IMG/VR virus record: IMGVR_UViG_3300038426_000029
Coordinates: 1 to 64,000 of that record
Reading direction: 5' to 3' (one strand)
DNA length: 64,000 bases
Source: a virus
Lineage: Duplodnaviria > Caudoviricetes
This document shows positions 8,350 to 17,868 of the stretch, piece by piece (the first letter of the stretch is position 1; each line of letters starts with the position of its first letter). The translations under genes were made by a program, and so were the position numbers. The notes under the pieces are model-generated. The model searched no databases. It was not told where the DNA came from and saw only the letters and a list, made by a program, of their open reading frames with translations.

Positions 8350-9159
8350 TCAGTCCTGTTTTTTAGTCGCTAAGAAGCACATCATATTTATGTCTTTTGA
8401 TTGTTGTGTTATGAATATTGCCTTCTGGAACATTGTGATAGTGATTTCACCTGCAAAACTTTCCAACAGACTTTTTAATAACTTTACATTAAAGTTATAT
8501 TTCTGATAGTTAAATGGTACTTCAGGTGTTATTGGTGTGTCTGTCTCAAGATGATTTCTTGGAACCAATACTTTTTGTGGATCAAGGTTCATATTCATTT
8601 CTGCATGTCCATCCATTTCCCACTCTAACTTCATAGAAGTATCGAGTACTGATATGGAAACATCTGGGAAGTTTGGTATCACTAGTCTTTCTCTTCCAAT
8701 CTTAGTTTGGAAATGTATTGGTGTACTCTGTCTCTTTGCTGGCAGAAAACCAATGCCTTCAACGTCTGTTACGGGTATACTACTTTCAGCAACACCAACT
8801 GACTTGATGTTTTGTGGGTTCGGTATAGATGGTGTCCAACGTTTACCACCAGCAACAAGCTGTAGCTTATTGTTGGGTATGTCCGACTCAATTGTAACTG
8901 ATTGTTCGGAACCAATATACAATTCATCAAGATTTTTAATAAACTGTTTTGTAATCTTGATTTCTGTCATTGCATCACATACATACTCACTAAAGTATGT
9001 AGGTTGATAGACACCATAAGTACCATACGTTCCTTGTGATACATTTGTGATTGCCTCTTGTGGAGTGAATCTAATGAAAGCAGAATCCGACAGTCCATTC
9101 ATCAAGGCTTTCTTAAACATATCTAGTAATCGTTTGGGTTCTAATGTTATCTTAAACAT
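8350..9159 (-). CDS. pcn: Divergent PCNA-like sliding clamp
   Basis: 269 aa; N-terminal MFKITLE and YFSEYVCD...VTIESD align by eye with PCNA MFEA.. and GFD.Y.CD...ITL; RFC genes nearby. Confidence 0.65.
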   Translation of the reverse strand: MFKITLEPKRLLDMFKKALMNGLSDSAFIRFTPQEAITNVSQGTYGTYGVYQPTYFSEYVCDAMTEIKITKQFIKNLDELYIGSEQSVTIESDIPNNKLQLVAGGKRWTPSIPNPQNIKSVGVAESSIPVTDVEGIGFLPAKRQSTPIHFQTKIGRERLVIPNFPDVSISVLDTSMKLEWEMDGHAEMNMNLDPQKVLVPRNHLETDTPITPEVPFNYQKYNFNVKLLKSLLESFAGEITITMFQKAIFITQQSKDINMMCFLATKKQD

Positions 9160-9161
9160 TT

Positions 9162-10241
9162 TTACTTATCTCCTTTATAAAGCAATTCATATGCTTTAAC
9201 TTTTCCAGCATCTGCTGTAACATCTACTTTTCTACCTGTAGGGAAACTAGCATATTTAGATGTTGTTATATGTGCATTAAAACGCACAACACCACTAAGT
9301 TTATCTTCTGTACTCCACGTTTCAATAACGATGTCTGTCTGATCCTCAATGATGTCTAACCAGATTGGTTTCTTTGTCCTTTCCTTGGTTACACCATTGA
9401 TTATTATTTCTTCATAATCATACTTAGTGCAGAAGATTACCCCTTTCTTCACAATCATTGCTAGTTTGAGGAATAACTGTTTAGTGTAGAGTCTGCGATC
9501 CTTCCAGAATTGCCACTCAACACCCTGAGTCATTTTTATACCATTACGCCATCTCATAACATTTTCTGCAATTTTCATATACTCTTCCAGACCATCTATT
9601 AAAATCCAATCTGGATAAGCGTCTGGTCCTTGTGACTTAATCATATCCAGAATTGAGAAGATGTATCGGAAGCAAATTTCAGATGATACTAGAGAAGCAT
9701 CTGGGCTTGAGTAATCCATATATTTAATGGCATCATAAATAGTGATTCTTGGGTCGCTGTTAAACATATCAACCCAAGTTGGCACTGTTTTGTGGTCAAA
9801 TGACAGAACATCCATCTTTCCGGGGAAGGAAAGTGCTACTGTCGTTTTTCCTGAGTTTTTACCACCAAAAACAGTGAGATATTTTAGTAGTGTTGGTTTT
9901 TCTGGTTCCATATCATATTCTTTCGGAAATGTTGGTAGTGCTATAATTGGTACGTCTGATGTTTGTTTAAACACATTCATACCACTAGACAAAAGTGGGT
10001 TTGGCACAGGTGCTGGTGGTTTTGGTGCTTCAGGTAGAAGTGAAGATATTCCAGTTAGAGGCTTAGTTTCTTGTGGTGTTGGTGTAGCTTCTGGTGTTTT
10101 TTCGGGTGCTACTTCAGATGTTTTTTCTGGTGTAGTTTCTGGTGGTTTATTTTCCACTGGTTTTGGTTCTGTTATTTGTGGTTGAACAACTGGTGGTTGT
10201 TCATCCTTCTTTTTCACACCAAATAAAGCCTCAAGTGACAT
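9162..10241 (-). CDS. AAA_24/Sak4-like P-loop ATPase with Pro/Glu/Thr-rich N-terminal linker
   Basis: Walker A GGKNSGKT, VLSFD, Walker B ILIDG; adjacent to a putative SSB. Confidence 0.7.
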   Translation of the reverse strand: MSLEALFGVKKKDEQPPVVQPQITEPKPVENKPPETTPEKTSEVAPEKTPEATPTPQETKPLTGISSLLPEAPKPPAPVPNPLLSSGMNVFKQTSDVPIIALPTFPKEYDMEPEKPTLLKYLTVFGGKNSGKTTVALSFPGKMDVLSFDHKTVPTWVDMFNSDPRITIYDAIKYMDYSSPDASLVSSEICFRYIFSILDMIKSQGPDAYPDWILIDGLEEYMKIAENVMRWRNGIKMTQGVEWQFWKDRRLYTKQLFLKLAMIVKKGVIFCTKYDYEEIIINGVTKERTKKPIWLDIIEDQTDIVIETWSTEDKLSGVVRFNAHITTSKYASFPTGRKVDVTADAGKVKAYELLYKGDK

Positions 10242-10246
10242 TTAGT

Positions 10247-11212
10247 TTACCGTTCCTCAAATCCTGACTGAGAGAAGATTGGGACTATAAGACAGACAGC
10301 CATACTTAAAGTTTCTAAGTTTGTTGTGTTATCCCTCTTCTTCGTAATAGGTCCAAGGAAAGCACAATATGTACCATCATCATAGACTGTATTCTCTGGT
10401 GCTACCCAACCAGTTATTCCGGGCATAACAATTCTACCCTGATTATCCTGAGTTGGTTTTTCCTGAACGGTCATGTCGGTTATCTTGATCCTACCAGACA
10501 TTATGTCTGTTGTATCTGGTAAATCCTTTGGCTTCCATGTTATTGGAGAACCAGAAACATAACCGATGATACAACGCCAATCCGTATCAACAACATATCC
10601 TGTTTGTGCTACTGTTTTTGACGGATTATTATATGCCTCTGCAATTGTTACAATTGGAATCTTTAGTTGCTCACATAGAGCATATACATCTAAGTTCGAT
10701 GGCTGTACGGGTCTTACATTTGCCCTATCATCTAAGACAAAATCACCACCCTCAGCAAATCTGCCGAGACTAGCGGTATATATGCTTAGTGGGACAAGCC
10801 CAAGCGGAACATCTGCAAATTTACCATTACCAACCATTCTCTTTATTACCATTTGACCTTCATTAACACCAGCATAGGCATTAATATAAGGTGTTTTTCC
10901 ACCCTTACTAATTTTCTTTCCCTGATGTCCAAGGAAGATAAAGGTAATATCTGTCACAGGTGGTCTTTGGATAAGCATCTGGAAAGCCTTCCCAATTGCA
11001 TATCTCTGTCTCATTTCAAGTAGTCTTTCGGGTGTCGAGCTAGGAAATTGCTTTGTTGCGAATGTTCCTGAAACCTCAAACTCCCTTTGGTACTCCTTGA
11101 TTACAACATCACGACTAATTCCCCACTTTGATACCAGTTGGCTAAACATAGCCTCAACAAAATCTGGATATGTAGGCGGGTGTGCTAATAGTTTTGAATC
11201 TTGTGTACTCAA
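10247..11212 (-). CDS. Putative tandem OB-fold ssDNA-binding protein
   Basis: Beta-rich IIGYV...GRIKITD...CAFLGPI pattern; next to the Sak4-like ATPase; TTG start. Confidence 0.5.
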   Translation of the reverse strand: MSTQDSKLLAHPPTYPDFVEAMFSQLVSKWGISRDVVIKEYQREFEVSGTFATKQFPSSTPERLLEMRQRYAIGKAFQMLIQRPPVTDITFIFLGHQGKKISKGGKTPYINAYAGVNEGQMVIKRMVGNGKFADVPLGLVPLSIYTASLGRFAEGGDFVLDDRANVRPVQPSNLDVYALCEQLKIPIVTIAEAYNNPSKTVAQTGYVVDTDWRCIIGYVSGSPITWKPKDLPDTTDIMSGRIKITDMTVQEKPTQDNQGRIVMPGITGWVAPENTVYDDGTYCAFLGPITKKRDNTTNLETLSMAVCLIVPIFSQSGFEER

Positions 11213-11425
11213 ATTGAGTCTGGGAATGATCCAATAGAAGGGTATATAAACCTTTGTAATATACCATAGATTGCTATGTATTCCAACATTAAAAAAAGAT
11301 TACTGGTAGTATATATACCGATATTGGTTTGGATATTATATCACCTCAAAGGCAAATCGGAGATGCTTCTTGAGGATATGGAGATCAGAATACTTAAATA
11401 CTCTTGTGTATAGGGATAGGTAACT

Positions 11426-12388
11426 ATGTCCGAAAACATAAAACTAGTCGATAAATACAAACCACAACATTGGGAAGATATTGTTGGACAAACTAGGATT
11501 GTTACTCAGGTAAAAGCCATTGTGGATAAAAAAGGACCATACCCACACTTTTTGTTTGTTGGTCCTGCTGGTTCTGGTAAAACTTCTTTAGCAGAAATAT
11601 TTGCTAAAGAAACAGGATATGATGTTCACGAATTTAACGGTTCTGACGATAGAACACTTGTTTTCATTAGAGATAAAATCAAGGCACTTTCACAATTTGC
11701 TGGTAGGAGAATTATTATTCTAGATGAAGCCGATATGTTGATTCAACCAGCACAGATGGCTATGAAGAGGATAATGGAAACCACAGATGCCATATACATA
11801 CTCTGTGCTAATGATGAATTTAAAATTGAGGATGCTATCAAAAGCAGGTGTGCAATTTTCCGTTTCCCAAGGTTGACTGATAGTGTTGTTGAAGCTAAAA
11901 TTGTTGATATTATTAAAAAAGAAGGAATTGGCTTTGTTGATGACGAAAACCAAACTGTTATGAGAGGTCTGGGTACACTTGTCAAAAATGCCAAGGGAGA
12001 TTTACGAACAGCACTCAACGATCTTGAAACTGTTATAGATGTCAATAAACAAATAACACCTGAGTCAATAATGCTTGTTGGTGGAACCACAGGACTTGCT
12101 GTTTTGGCTATGGTTAAAGCACTTGAGGGTGATTTCAACACAGCCAAGGAAATGATCGAAAAGGCATATGTTGAAGGAAAATACGATCCAAGAAATATTT
12201 GTAGGGAGTTATATAGTGCTATACCAAATTTGAATGTTGAGTTAGAAATAAAGATTAGGATGTTCGAGAAGCTGGGAGAAGTTGAACACAACCTAAATGA
12301 TGGTGGTGATCCAATAATTCAATTGGTCACATATATATCTTTTATATGGTTAATCCCACATGCTACGGGTTGCCCACTTCTCAAGTAG
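11426..12388 (+). CDS. rfcS: Replication factor C small subunit
   Basis: DKYKP..WEDIVGQ, HFLFVGPAGSGKT, IIILDEAD, SRC motif. Confidence 0.93.
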   Translation: MSENIKLVDKYKPQHWEDIVGQTRIVTQVKAIVDKKGPYPHFLFVGPAGSGKTSLAEIFAKETGYDVHEFNGSDDRTLVFIRDKIKALSQFAGRRIIILDEADMLIQPAQMAMKRIMETTDAIYILCANDEFKIEDAIKSRCAIFRFPRLTDSVVEAKIVDIIKKEGIGFVDDENQTVMRGLGTLVKNAKGDLRTALNDLETVIDVNKQITPESIMLVGGTTGLAVLAMVKALEGDFNTAKEMIEKAYVEGKYDPRNICRELYSAIPNLNVELEIKIRMFEKLGEVEHNLNDGGDPIIQLVTYISFIWLIPHATGCPLLK

Positions 12389-12397
12389 GTTTAATTT

Positions 12398-12790
12398 ATG
12401 TCCGAATATTGGATTGAAATACACCCAGAAGAACCACAGTATATAATCGTTTCGGATGAAATTATCAATATTCTAAGAAATGCGAAGTTTCCAGAAAAAT
12501 TAGATGTACAGATTATATTAATTGATAAAACAATTACACTCATATTCTATAAATTTACTTCAGATGCTGAGAAAAAAGCAATACTTACAGACAATAAAAT
12601 TACGGGAATTAAATATACAGACATCAGTAAGGTTTATAAGTTGCCGATTAGAGTATTTGTTACCTTTGAACAGAGGGACACATACCAACAAACCAACCTT
12701 GACTTTGACGTTTTTGTGATTGACTTCACGACTGACATAGACAAACCAAAACAGGAAGAGGAAGAAAGTTTAGAAGATGTGTTCAAATGA
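12398..12790 (+). CDS. Hypothetical protein with acidic C-terminus ending SLEDVFK
   Basis: 130 aa in the RFC operon; ATGA-coupled to the nuclease. Confidence 0.65.
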   Translation: MSEYWIEIHPEEPQYIIVSDEIINILRNAKFPEKLDVQIILIDKTITLIFYKFTSDAEKKAILTDNKITGIKYTDISKVYKLPIRVFVTFEQRDTYQQTNLDFDVFVIDFTTDIDKPKQEEEESLEDVFK

Positions 12791-13542
12791 TGTCCACAGT
12801 AAATGAAAAAATGGCTAGTATCACTCAAACCCAGATGAATCTGGATGAAAACTGCCCTCAGAGTTGGTATTATTATCGTAAAAAGTTCCCTAAAATTATT
12901 GGAGATACTAGATATATGCTGGTTGGAACCATAATCCATAATTCCATAGAACAATATTTTAGGACAATTTCAGAAAGCCCACATACTGGACTAATATCTG
13001 GAACATTCAAGACAATTTTAGATAAGAATTGGGAACCACATAATGAAGAACTAAAAGAATTATATAATAGAAAAATAAAATGTACAGAAAACTTCTTAAA
13101 GTTTGAAACAGAACGAATGAAAGTTTGCAATAGATATAGACCATCAATGCAAGAAGAAAAATTAAATGCCAATATTAACGGTGTAGAGTTTTTTACAATT
13201 GTTGATTGTTTCTGGGCTGAAGATGGATTCTTAGTTGATTGGAAAACAGGAAGCAAGAACACTTTAAGTGTACAGGATTACATTCAAGGCATGATTGAAA
13301 AAATGATTCTTGAGGCTAGAGGATATACAGTCAAGAAAGTAGTTTTTGCAATGTTATTCACAGGGCAATATATTGAGATGGGTGTACAACCAGATAATTT
13401 CATTATGGACAGAGCAAACAAAATGATCCGTGAATGGACAACTGGTAACTTCCCAAAAATAAGAGGGCAACAATGTTTATATTGCGGTTGGGATATTAGG
13501 TGTGCCCTTCAAGAGAAGAAAATTAGTCTATGGGAGATATAA
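12787..13542 (+). CDS. Cas4/AddB-like PD-(D/E)xK exonuclease with Fe-S cysteines
   Basis: CPQSWYY, GTIIH, E...VD...LVDWKTG, C-terminal CLYC...RC. Confidence 0.85.
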   Translation: MMSTVNEKMASITQTQMNLDENCPQSWYYYRKKFPKIIGDTRYMLVGTIIHNSIEQYFRTISESPHTGLISGTFKTILDKNWEPHNEELKELYNRKIKCTENFLKFETERMKVCNRYRPSMQEEKLNANINGVEFFTIVDCFWAEDGFLVDWKTGSKNTLSVQDYIQGMIEKMILEARGYTVKKVVFAMLFTGQYIEMGVQPDNFIMDRANKMIREWTTGNFPKIRGQQCLYCGWDIRCALQEKKISLWEI

Positions 13543-13544
13543 AA

Positions 13545-13760
13545 ATGGGTGTATATCATAAATGTGAACATTGTAATAGAACCCTAACAGATATGGATTC
13601 CATGACTGTCGGTTATGGTCCAGTTTGTTATAAAAAGTTATTTGGTATAGCACTAAAAAGAACACAAGCTAACAAAACAAAAACTATATACAAAACAACA
13701 AAAAAGATGAAAGATTTGTTGGAAATGGAGAATTTAGATGAGGTTTTTATAGATGTTTGA
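13545..13760 (+). CDS. DUF6011-like Zn-binding protein
   Basis: CEHCNRTLTD.DS...GYGPVC motif; ATG 13545 follows a GGAG RBS. Confidence 0.75.
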   Translation: MGVYHKCEHCNRTLTDMDSMTVGYGPVCYKKLFGIALKRTQANKTKTIYKTTKKMKDLLEMENLDEVFIDV

Positions 13761-14613
13761 ACCAAAAAAAATTAGTGATTTATTGGGTAATCCAACAGCA
13801 CTTAAAAAATTAGAGGAACAGATCAAAGACGGTGTTCCAACACTTATTGTTGGTCCACCCGGAATTGGTAAAACCACAGGTGTAAATGTTATTGCAAAAG
13901 AGTTAGGATATGAAGTCATGGGGCTTAATGCTAGTGACGATAGACAGGCTGGAACAGATGATGAACCAAGCGAACTTAGAAAGTTGCTTTGGAAATCTCA
14001 AATGAATAGCCCATTTGGTGAGAAATATCTTATATTTTTAGATGAAGTTGATGGTATGGGTAGCACTCAAATGGATGGTGTATCGAGTTGGGATATTGTT
14101 AAGGATATAATTCAAGAAAGCGTTTATCCTGTTATTCTAGCTTGTAACGATGACTATAAGGTTCCAGAAGGCGTACAAAAACTTCTAATAAAAATTGATT
14201 TCAGACAGGTTGATTCCAGAACAGTAACAAAAATTGTACAGAAGTTTGCTAAGGATATGGGTGTTTCACCAGACTTATCAAAAATTGGTGGTGATATTAG
14301 ATCAGGAATTTCCCTTCTTTTTGGTGGTGAAGGTTATGTTCCATCTGGTGATTTCCTATATATTCAGAAGTTTTTTGCTGAAGGAACAGAGATTGAACGA
14401 GAGAAATATCCTTGGATTTTAGATAACATACCTGAATTTTACAAGGGTTATGATATGTATTTGGCATATAAAGTACTATCATTAACCAGATATAGCCCAA
14501 GGGCACTAGATATGCTGAGAAAGGGCAAGATAGGAAGGGTAAAGTTCCCTACTTATTACCTAGTTAGGAAGAAAGATAAAAAGGTGGAGAAAGAGGAAAA
14601 TGGTCAAGTTTAG
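13753..14613 (+). CDS. rfcL: Short replication factor C large subunit-like ATPase
   Basis: PKKISDLLGN, GPPGIGKTT, LNASDDR, IFLDEVDG; only 286 aa. Confidence 0.85.
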   Translation: MFEPKKISDLLGNPTALKKLEEQIKDGVPTLIVGPPGIGKTTGVNVIAKELGYEVMGLNASDDRQAGTDDEPSELRKLLWKSQMNSPFGEKYLIFLDEVDGMGSTQMDGVSSWDIVKDIIQESVYPVILACNDDYKVPEGVQKLLIKIDFRQVDSRTVTKIVQKFAKDMGVSPDLSKIGGDIRSGISLLFGGEGYVPSGDFLYIQKFFAEGTEIEREKYPWILDNIPEFYKGYDMYLAYKVLSLTRYSPRALDMLRKGKIGRVKFPTYYLVRKKDKKVEKEENGQV

Positions 14614-14735
14614 AGATGCGGGTTGCCTTTTAACAGCTATTGTTTTGGGTAATGTATTTTGCGATAATTGTCCTTTTCACCTACTTTTTGGATGCCATAG
14701 TGGTGAATATATAACAGATAAGGTGAAAACAGAAA

Positions 14736-16250
14736 ATGGCTGATATTTCAGAAAAAAACCCGTTTGATATTATTTCATTACCATCAGAGATAGAAAAAGA
14801 AGAGACAATCAAAAAGAGAGAGGGTATTACGGCAACTGGTTTGGTTGGAGAACTTGCAAATTTTATGTCTGATAAAATTCCAACAAGCCCAGATTGGTGT
14901 GAAAATTTGGCGGCTTGTTTGGTTGGGGCAATTGCTGGTTCAACTGAGGATGGAAAAATGAGAGAGATTAGAAATTCTTTTGGACCACTCAGACCTAACA
15001 TATTTACAATTTATATCGGTGCTAGTAGATTAGGATTCAAAACAGTTCCACTTAAAACGGTTGTTAGACCTATGTTAATCAGAGTTACAACCATGTATAA
15101 CAGCAAAGTGTGTTTGGAAAATGGAATAACTGTTGATGAGTTCTATATTAGAAAATCTGGTTTATCAAAGGCAAAAGGAAAAGAAAAAACAACACCAGAA
15201 TGGAAAAAGGAAAAGGAGTTTATTGATAGAATTTCAACACAACTAGTAAATTTTGAAATGCCTGAGAGTTTTACAAGTGAAGCATTAATATCTTGGTTAT
15301 CAACACATCCAATCGGAATGATTGCTTCTGATGAATTCACAAATATGTTCAAGGGAACAACAACAAAAGACTATTTAGCAAATGTTATGGAAGTTCTAAG
15401 TAGGCTTTATGATAGTGAGGTTGAAAAGAAAGCAACAATAGCAAGAGGCATAGAGGATGCAAAGAATATACATGTCTGTTTTGCATCGGCAACCACACCA
15501 TATGTAATGACCCTCATGGATGAATCTTTCTTTTGGCAGGGTACTGGAAATAGAATACTTTGGATTGCTGATGATGAGCTTGATAAGATTGATGTGAAAG
15601 AGGAAGAAAATTTCACGGAGTTTTTCTGGAACCCAGATCAGACACGTGCCTTTGAAAATGAATTTGAGAGACTATCAATCTTATTGGCTGGAATTAAAAA
15701 TTTACCAACAGGGCAACTTTTACTAAGTTTCGGTTCTGCGGCTGAGTTGAACAAATACAGAATTGAGATGTATAATAAAGCAGTTGATCTTTTTGTGACA
15801 GATATAATGGATAAAGATTCAAGTTTCGTTGCTGGTCTTGCTCAAAACGCCATGAAGTTGGCTTTAATTCATTGTATTGGAAGATATGCTATGGATTCTA
15901 GTAGTGGAAACTATACAGGATTCATGGAAATAAATGAGGAAGATTCTGGTTGGGCAATTAAGAAAATGGATAGACATCTCAAATTCTACAAGAAGTTATG
16001 GGATTTATCTTCTAAGGTTAGAAAAACAGAGACAAAGGCACATGTGATAGATCAGGATAGGGTACTTCTGTTGATTGAGAGATTTGAATCAACGGGAAGA
16101 AAACTCACGGCAAATGAGTTACGTAGGAATACAAAATGGGACAGTGAAGAGTGTCAAAAAGTATTGAATACTATGGTACTAAACGAAGATATATATGTGG
16201 TAAATGAGAAAAAATTTACATATTACACAACCATAAATCCAAAAGTTTAG
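14736..16250 (+). CDS. DUF3987/YfjI-type AAA+ putative replicative helicase with probable C-terminal winged helix
   Basis: PNI..IYIGASRLGFKT, SFTSEAL, SDEF, LSRLYD, ASATTP, GTGNRIL motifs. Confidence 0.7.
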   Translation: MADISEKNPFDIISLPSEIEKEETIKKREGITATGLVGELANFMSDKIPTSPDWCENLAACLVGAIAGSTEDGKMREIRNSFGPLRPNIFTIYIGASRLGFKTVPLKTVVRPMLIRVTTMYNSKVCLENGITVDEFYIRKSGLSKAKGKEKTTPEWKKEKEFIDRISTQLVNFEMPESFTSEALISWLSTHPIGMIASDEFTNMFKGTTTKDYLANVMEVLSRLYDSEVEKKATIARGIEDAKNIHVCFASATTPYVMTLMDESFFWQGTGNRILWIADDELDKIDVKEEENFTEFFWNPDQTRAFENEFERLSILLAGIKNLPTGQLLLSFGSAAELNKYRIEMYNKAVDLFVTDIMDKDSSFVAGLAQNAMKLALIHCIGRYAMDSSSGNYTGFMEINEEDSGWAIKKMDRHLKFYKKLWDLSSKVRKTETKAHVIDQDRVLLLIERFESTGRKLTANELRRNTKWDSEECQKVLNTMVLNEDIYVVNEKKFTYYTTINPKV

Positions 16251-16474
16251 TCCTTTTTATCTGGTTGTTTTTCAATTAAATTCCATTCAGAACTATGATC
16301 AGTGGGATTATGCGTTGCCCTACCCTTAGCTAAATAAACTATATTAAAAATCTTACAGTATGGGCACTCAATTTTATCTTCGGCTTCTGAACTTACCCCA
16401 TTTCTCATTAATTTAAAACTATCTGGTGGAATTACCCGCCTACAAGAATAACATATCATTATGTCTGAAAGCAT
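16247..16474 (-). CDS. Zn-ribbon protein
   Basis: CYSC...CPYC. Confidence 0.6.
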   Translation of the reverse strand: MLSDIMICYSCRRVIPPDSFKLMRNGVSSEAEDKIECPYCKIFNIVYLAKGRATHNPTDHSSEWNLIEKQPDKKD

Positions 16475-16625
16475 CGCTGTTTTAATTACCTTAACACATT
16501 ATACATGTATGATAGAATATAAATGTTATGATAAAGTGAAAACAACCATTTTTCTTACCTAATATACCAAATCAAGGCGTGAATATCCACAATCCTTTTA
16601 TACTACATATGTATTTCTATTACAT

Positions 16626-16868
16626 GTGAAAAACATGGAACAAGAACAGAAACCGTTAAGCCTTGGAAAGTTATCCATCCTGATTGATGAGAAAAAACCA
16701 AAGTGCCTCTGTGGAAAACCATTAGAGGGAGTCGGTGTAAACTATTGGGGTCCACATGATAGTGGCATCTACATCGTTGGTGAAAAGGAAAAGCAATGGG
16801 TTTATATCCACTGCAACCACTGTGGATATGACATGGCACTCTGGAAGATTATGAGGGAACTTCAATGA
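16626..16868 (+). CDS. Zn-ribbon hypothetical protein
   Basis: CLCG...CNHCGYD; ATGA-coupled to next gene. Confidence 0.65.
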   Translation: MKNMEQEQKPLSLGKLSILIDEKKPKCLCGKPLEGVGVNYWGPHDSGIYIVGEKEKQWVYIHCNHCGYDMALWKIMRELQ

Positions 16869-17149
16869 CCGTAAAACCCAAGATGCTTCAGTACAACGTA
16901 GACTTCTTTATGAGGGGGATGACACCAGACGATGAGATTATCCCAGATGGATCAACAGTCGGTCACTATACCATAGACAGGACAAGACTTCACCGATGGA
17001 TCGACATGCTCATAGACAGTGGTAAAGTTGATAAGATCGATATTGGTTGGTATGATGCTAGTATAGGCTATGTCAAGAGGGTACAAGATCAGCTTGTTGA
17101 GAGCGAGAAAAACCTTGATGAACTTGAAAACAGAGAAAAGACACAATGA
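16865..17149 (+). CDS. Hypothetical protein
   Basis: 94 aa; coupled at both ends. Confidence 0.65.
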   Translation: MTVKPKMLQYNVDFFMRGMTPDDEIIPDGSTVGHYTIDRTRLHRWIDMLIDSGKVDKIDIGWYDASIGYVKRVQDQLVESEKNLDELENREKTQ

Positions 17150-17340
17150 ACAACAAACAGGCACTTTTTATAATAACACTACTTACAATCATATTTATAT
17201 CTTTTATGGCTTATTTGATATTCCCACTACCAAAACTTATATTTTGGATTTTAGAAATTGCCTTGGTTATTGCCATTCCATTATGTGTACTTGGTATTTC
17301 AGTATTAATATATGAGGAATATACATATCTAGGAGAATAA
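17146..17340 (+). CDS. Small two-helix membrane protein
   Basis: 64 aa, hydrophobic. Confidence 0.6.
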   Translation: MNNKQALFIITLLTIIFISFMAYLIFPLPKLIFWILEIALVIAIPLCVLGISVLIYEEYTYLGE

Positions 17341-17398
17341 AAACACAAACCTTATATAAAGCCCGTAATATTTATAAACAAAAACATATTATATTAAA

Positions 17399-17866
17399 TT
17401 GATTAATATGACATCTGGAAATAAAACACGTTGTGATTTCTGTAATAATGAATTAATAGCTCAACCAAGAGCTAGAAAAGATAAATCGGGTATGTTTTAT
17501 TCAACACGACCCGAATATTATATGCCATATAAATGTCCTTTTTGTGGTGGATATTTCTGCGATAAACATAGATTGCCTGAGAATCATAAATGTAAAAATA
17601 TGCCATCTAGATATAGAAATACAGCATATAAAGAAATGCCATATTATGAAATCCCAACATATACAGATGTTAAAAAAATGTATTTAATAGAGCAAAAAAA
17701 GCCTGTTACAACATTTGACTATAATCCACCACCAAAAGACTACAGTAAACTGGGAAATTCACCAAAACAAACGGTAGCTGATTATATCCCATACTGGAAG
17801 GCAAGCAAAAAACCCAGTTTATTGACAAGAGCTAAAAACAGATTAACAAGAAAGAAAAAAAGATAA
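17399..17866 (+). CDS. AN1-type zinc finger protein with basic tail
   Basis: [22 protein letters not shown]. Confidence 0.8.
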   Translation: MINMTSGNKTRCDFCNNELIAQPRARKDKSGMFYSTRPEYYMPYKCPFCGGYFCDKHRLPENHKCKNMPSRYRNTAYKEMPYYEIPTYTDVKKMYLIEQKKPVTTFDYNPPPKDYSKLGNSPKQTVADYIPYWKASKKPSLLTRAKNRLTRKKKR

Positions 17867-17868
17867 AT

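Noticed and set aside
9950-10241. DNA-level repeat element in the Pro/Glu/Thr-rich ATPase N-terminus
   Set aside because: Low-complexity coding linker (PEKT/PEAT) without exact nucleotide periodicity.
12787-13542. CRISPR-Cas system suggested by the Cas4-like gene
   Set aside because: No cas1/cas2 and no repeat-spacer array seen; solo Cas4-like nucleases are common in viral replication modules.
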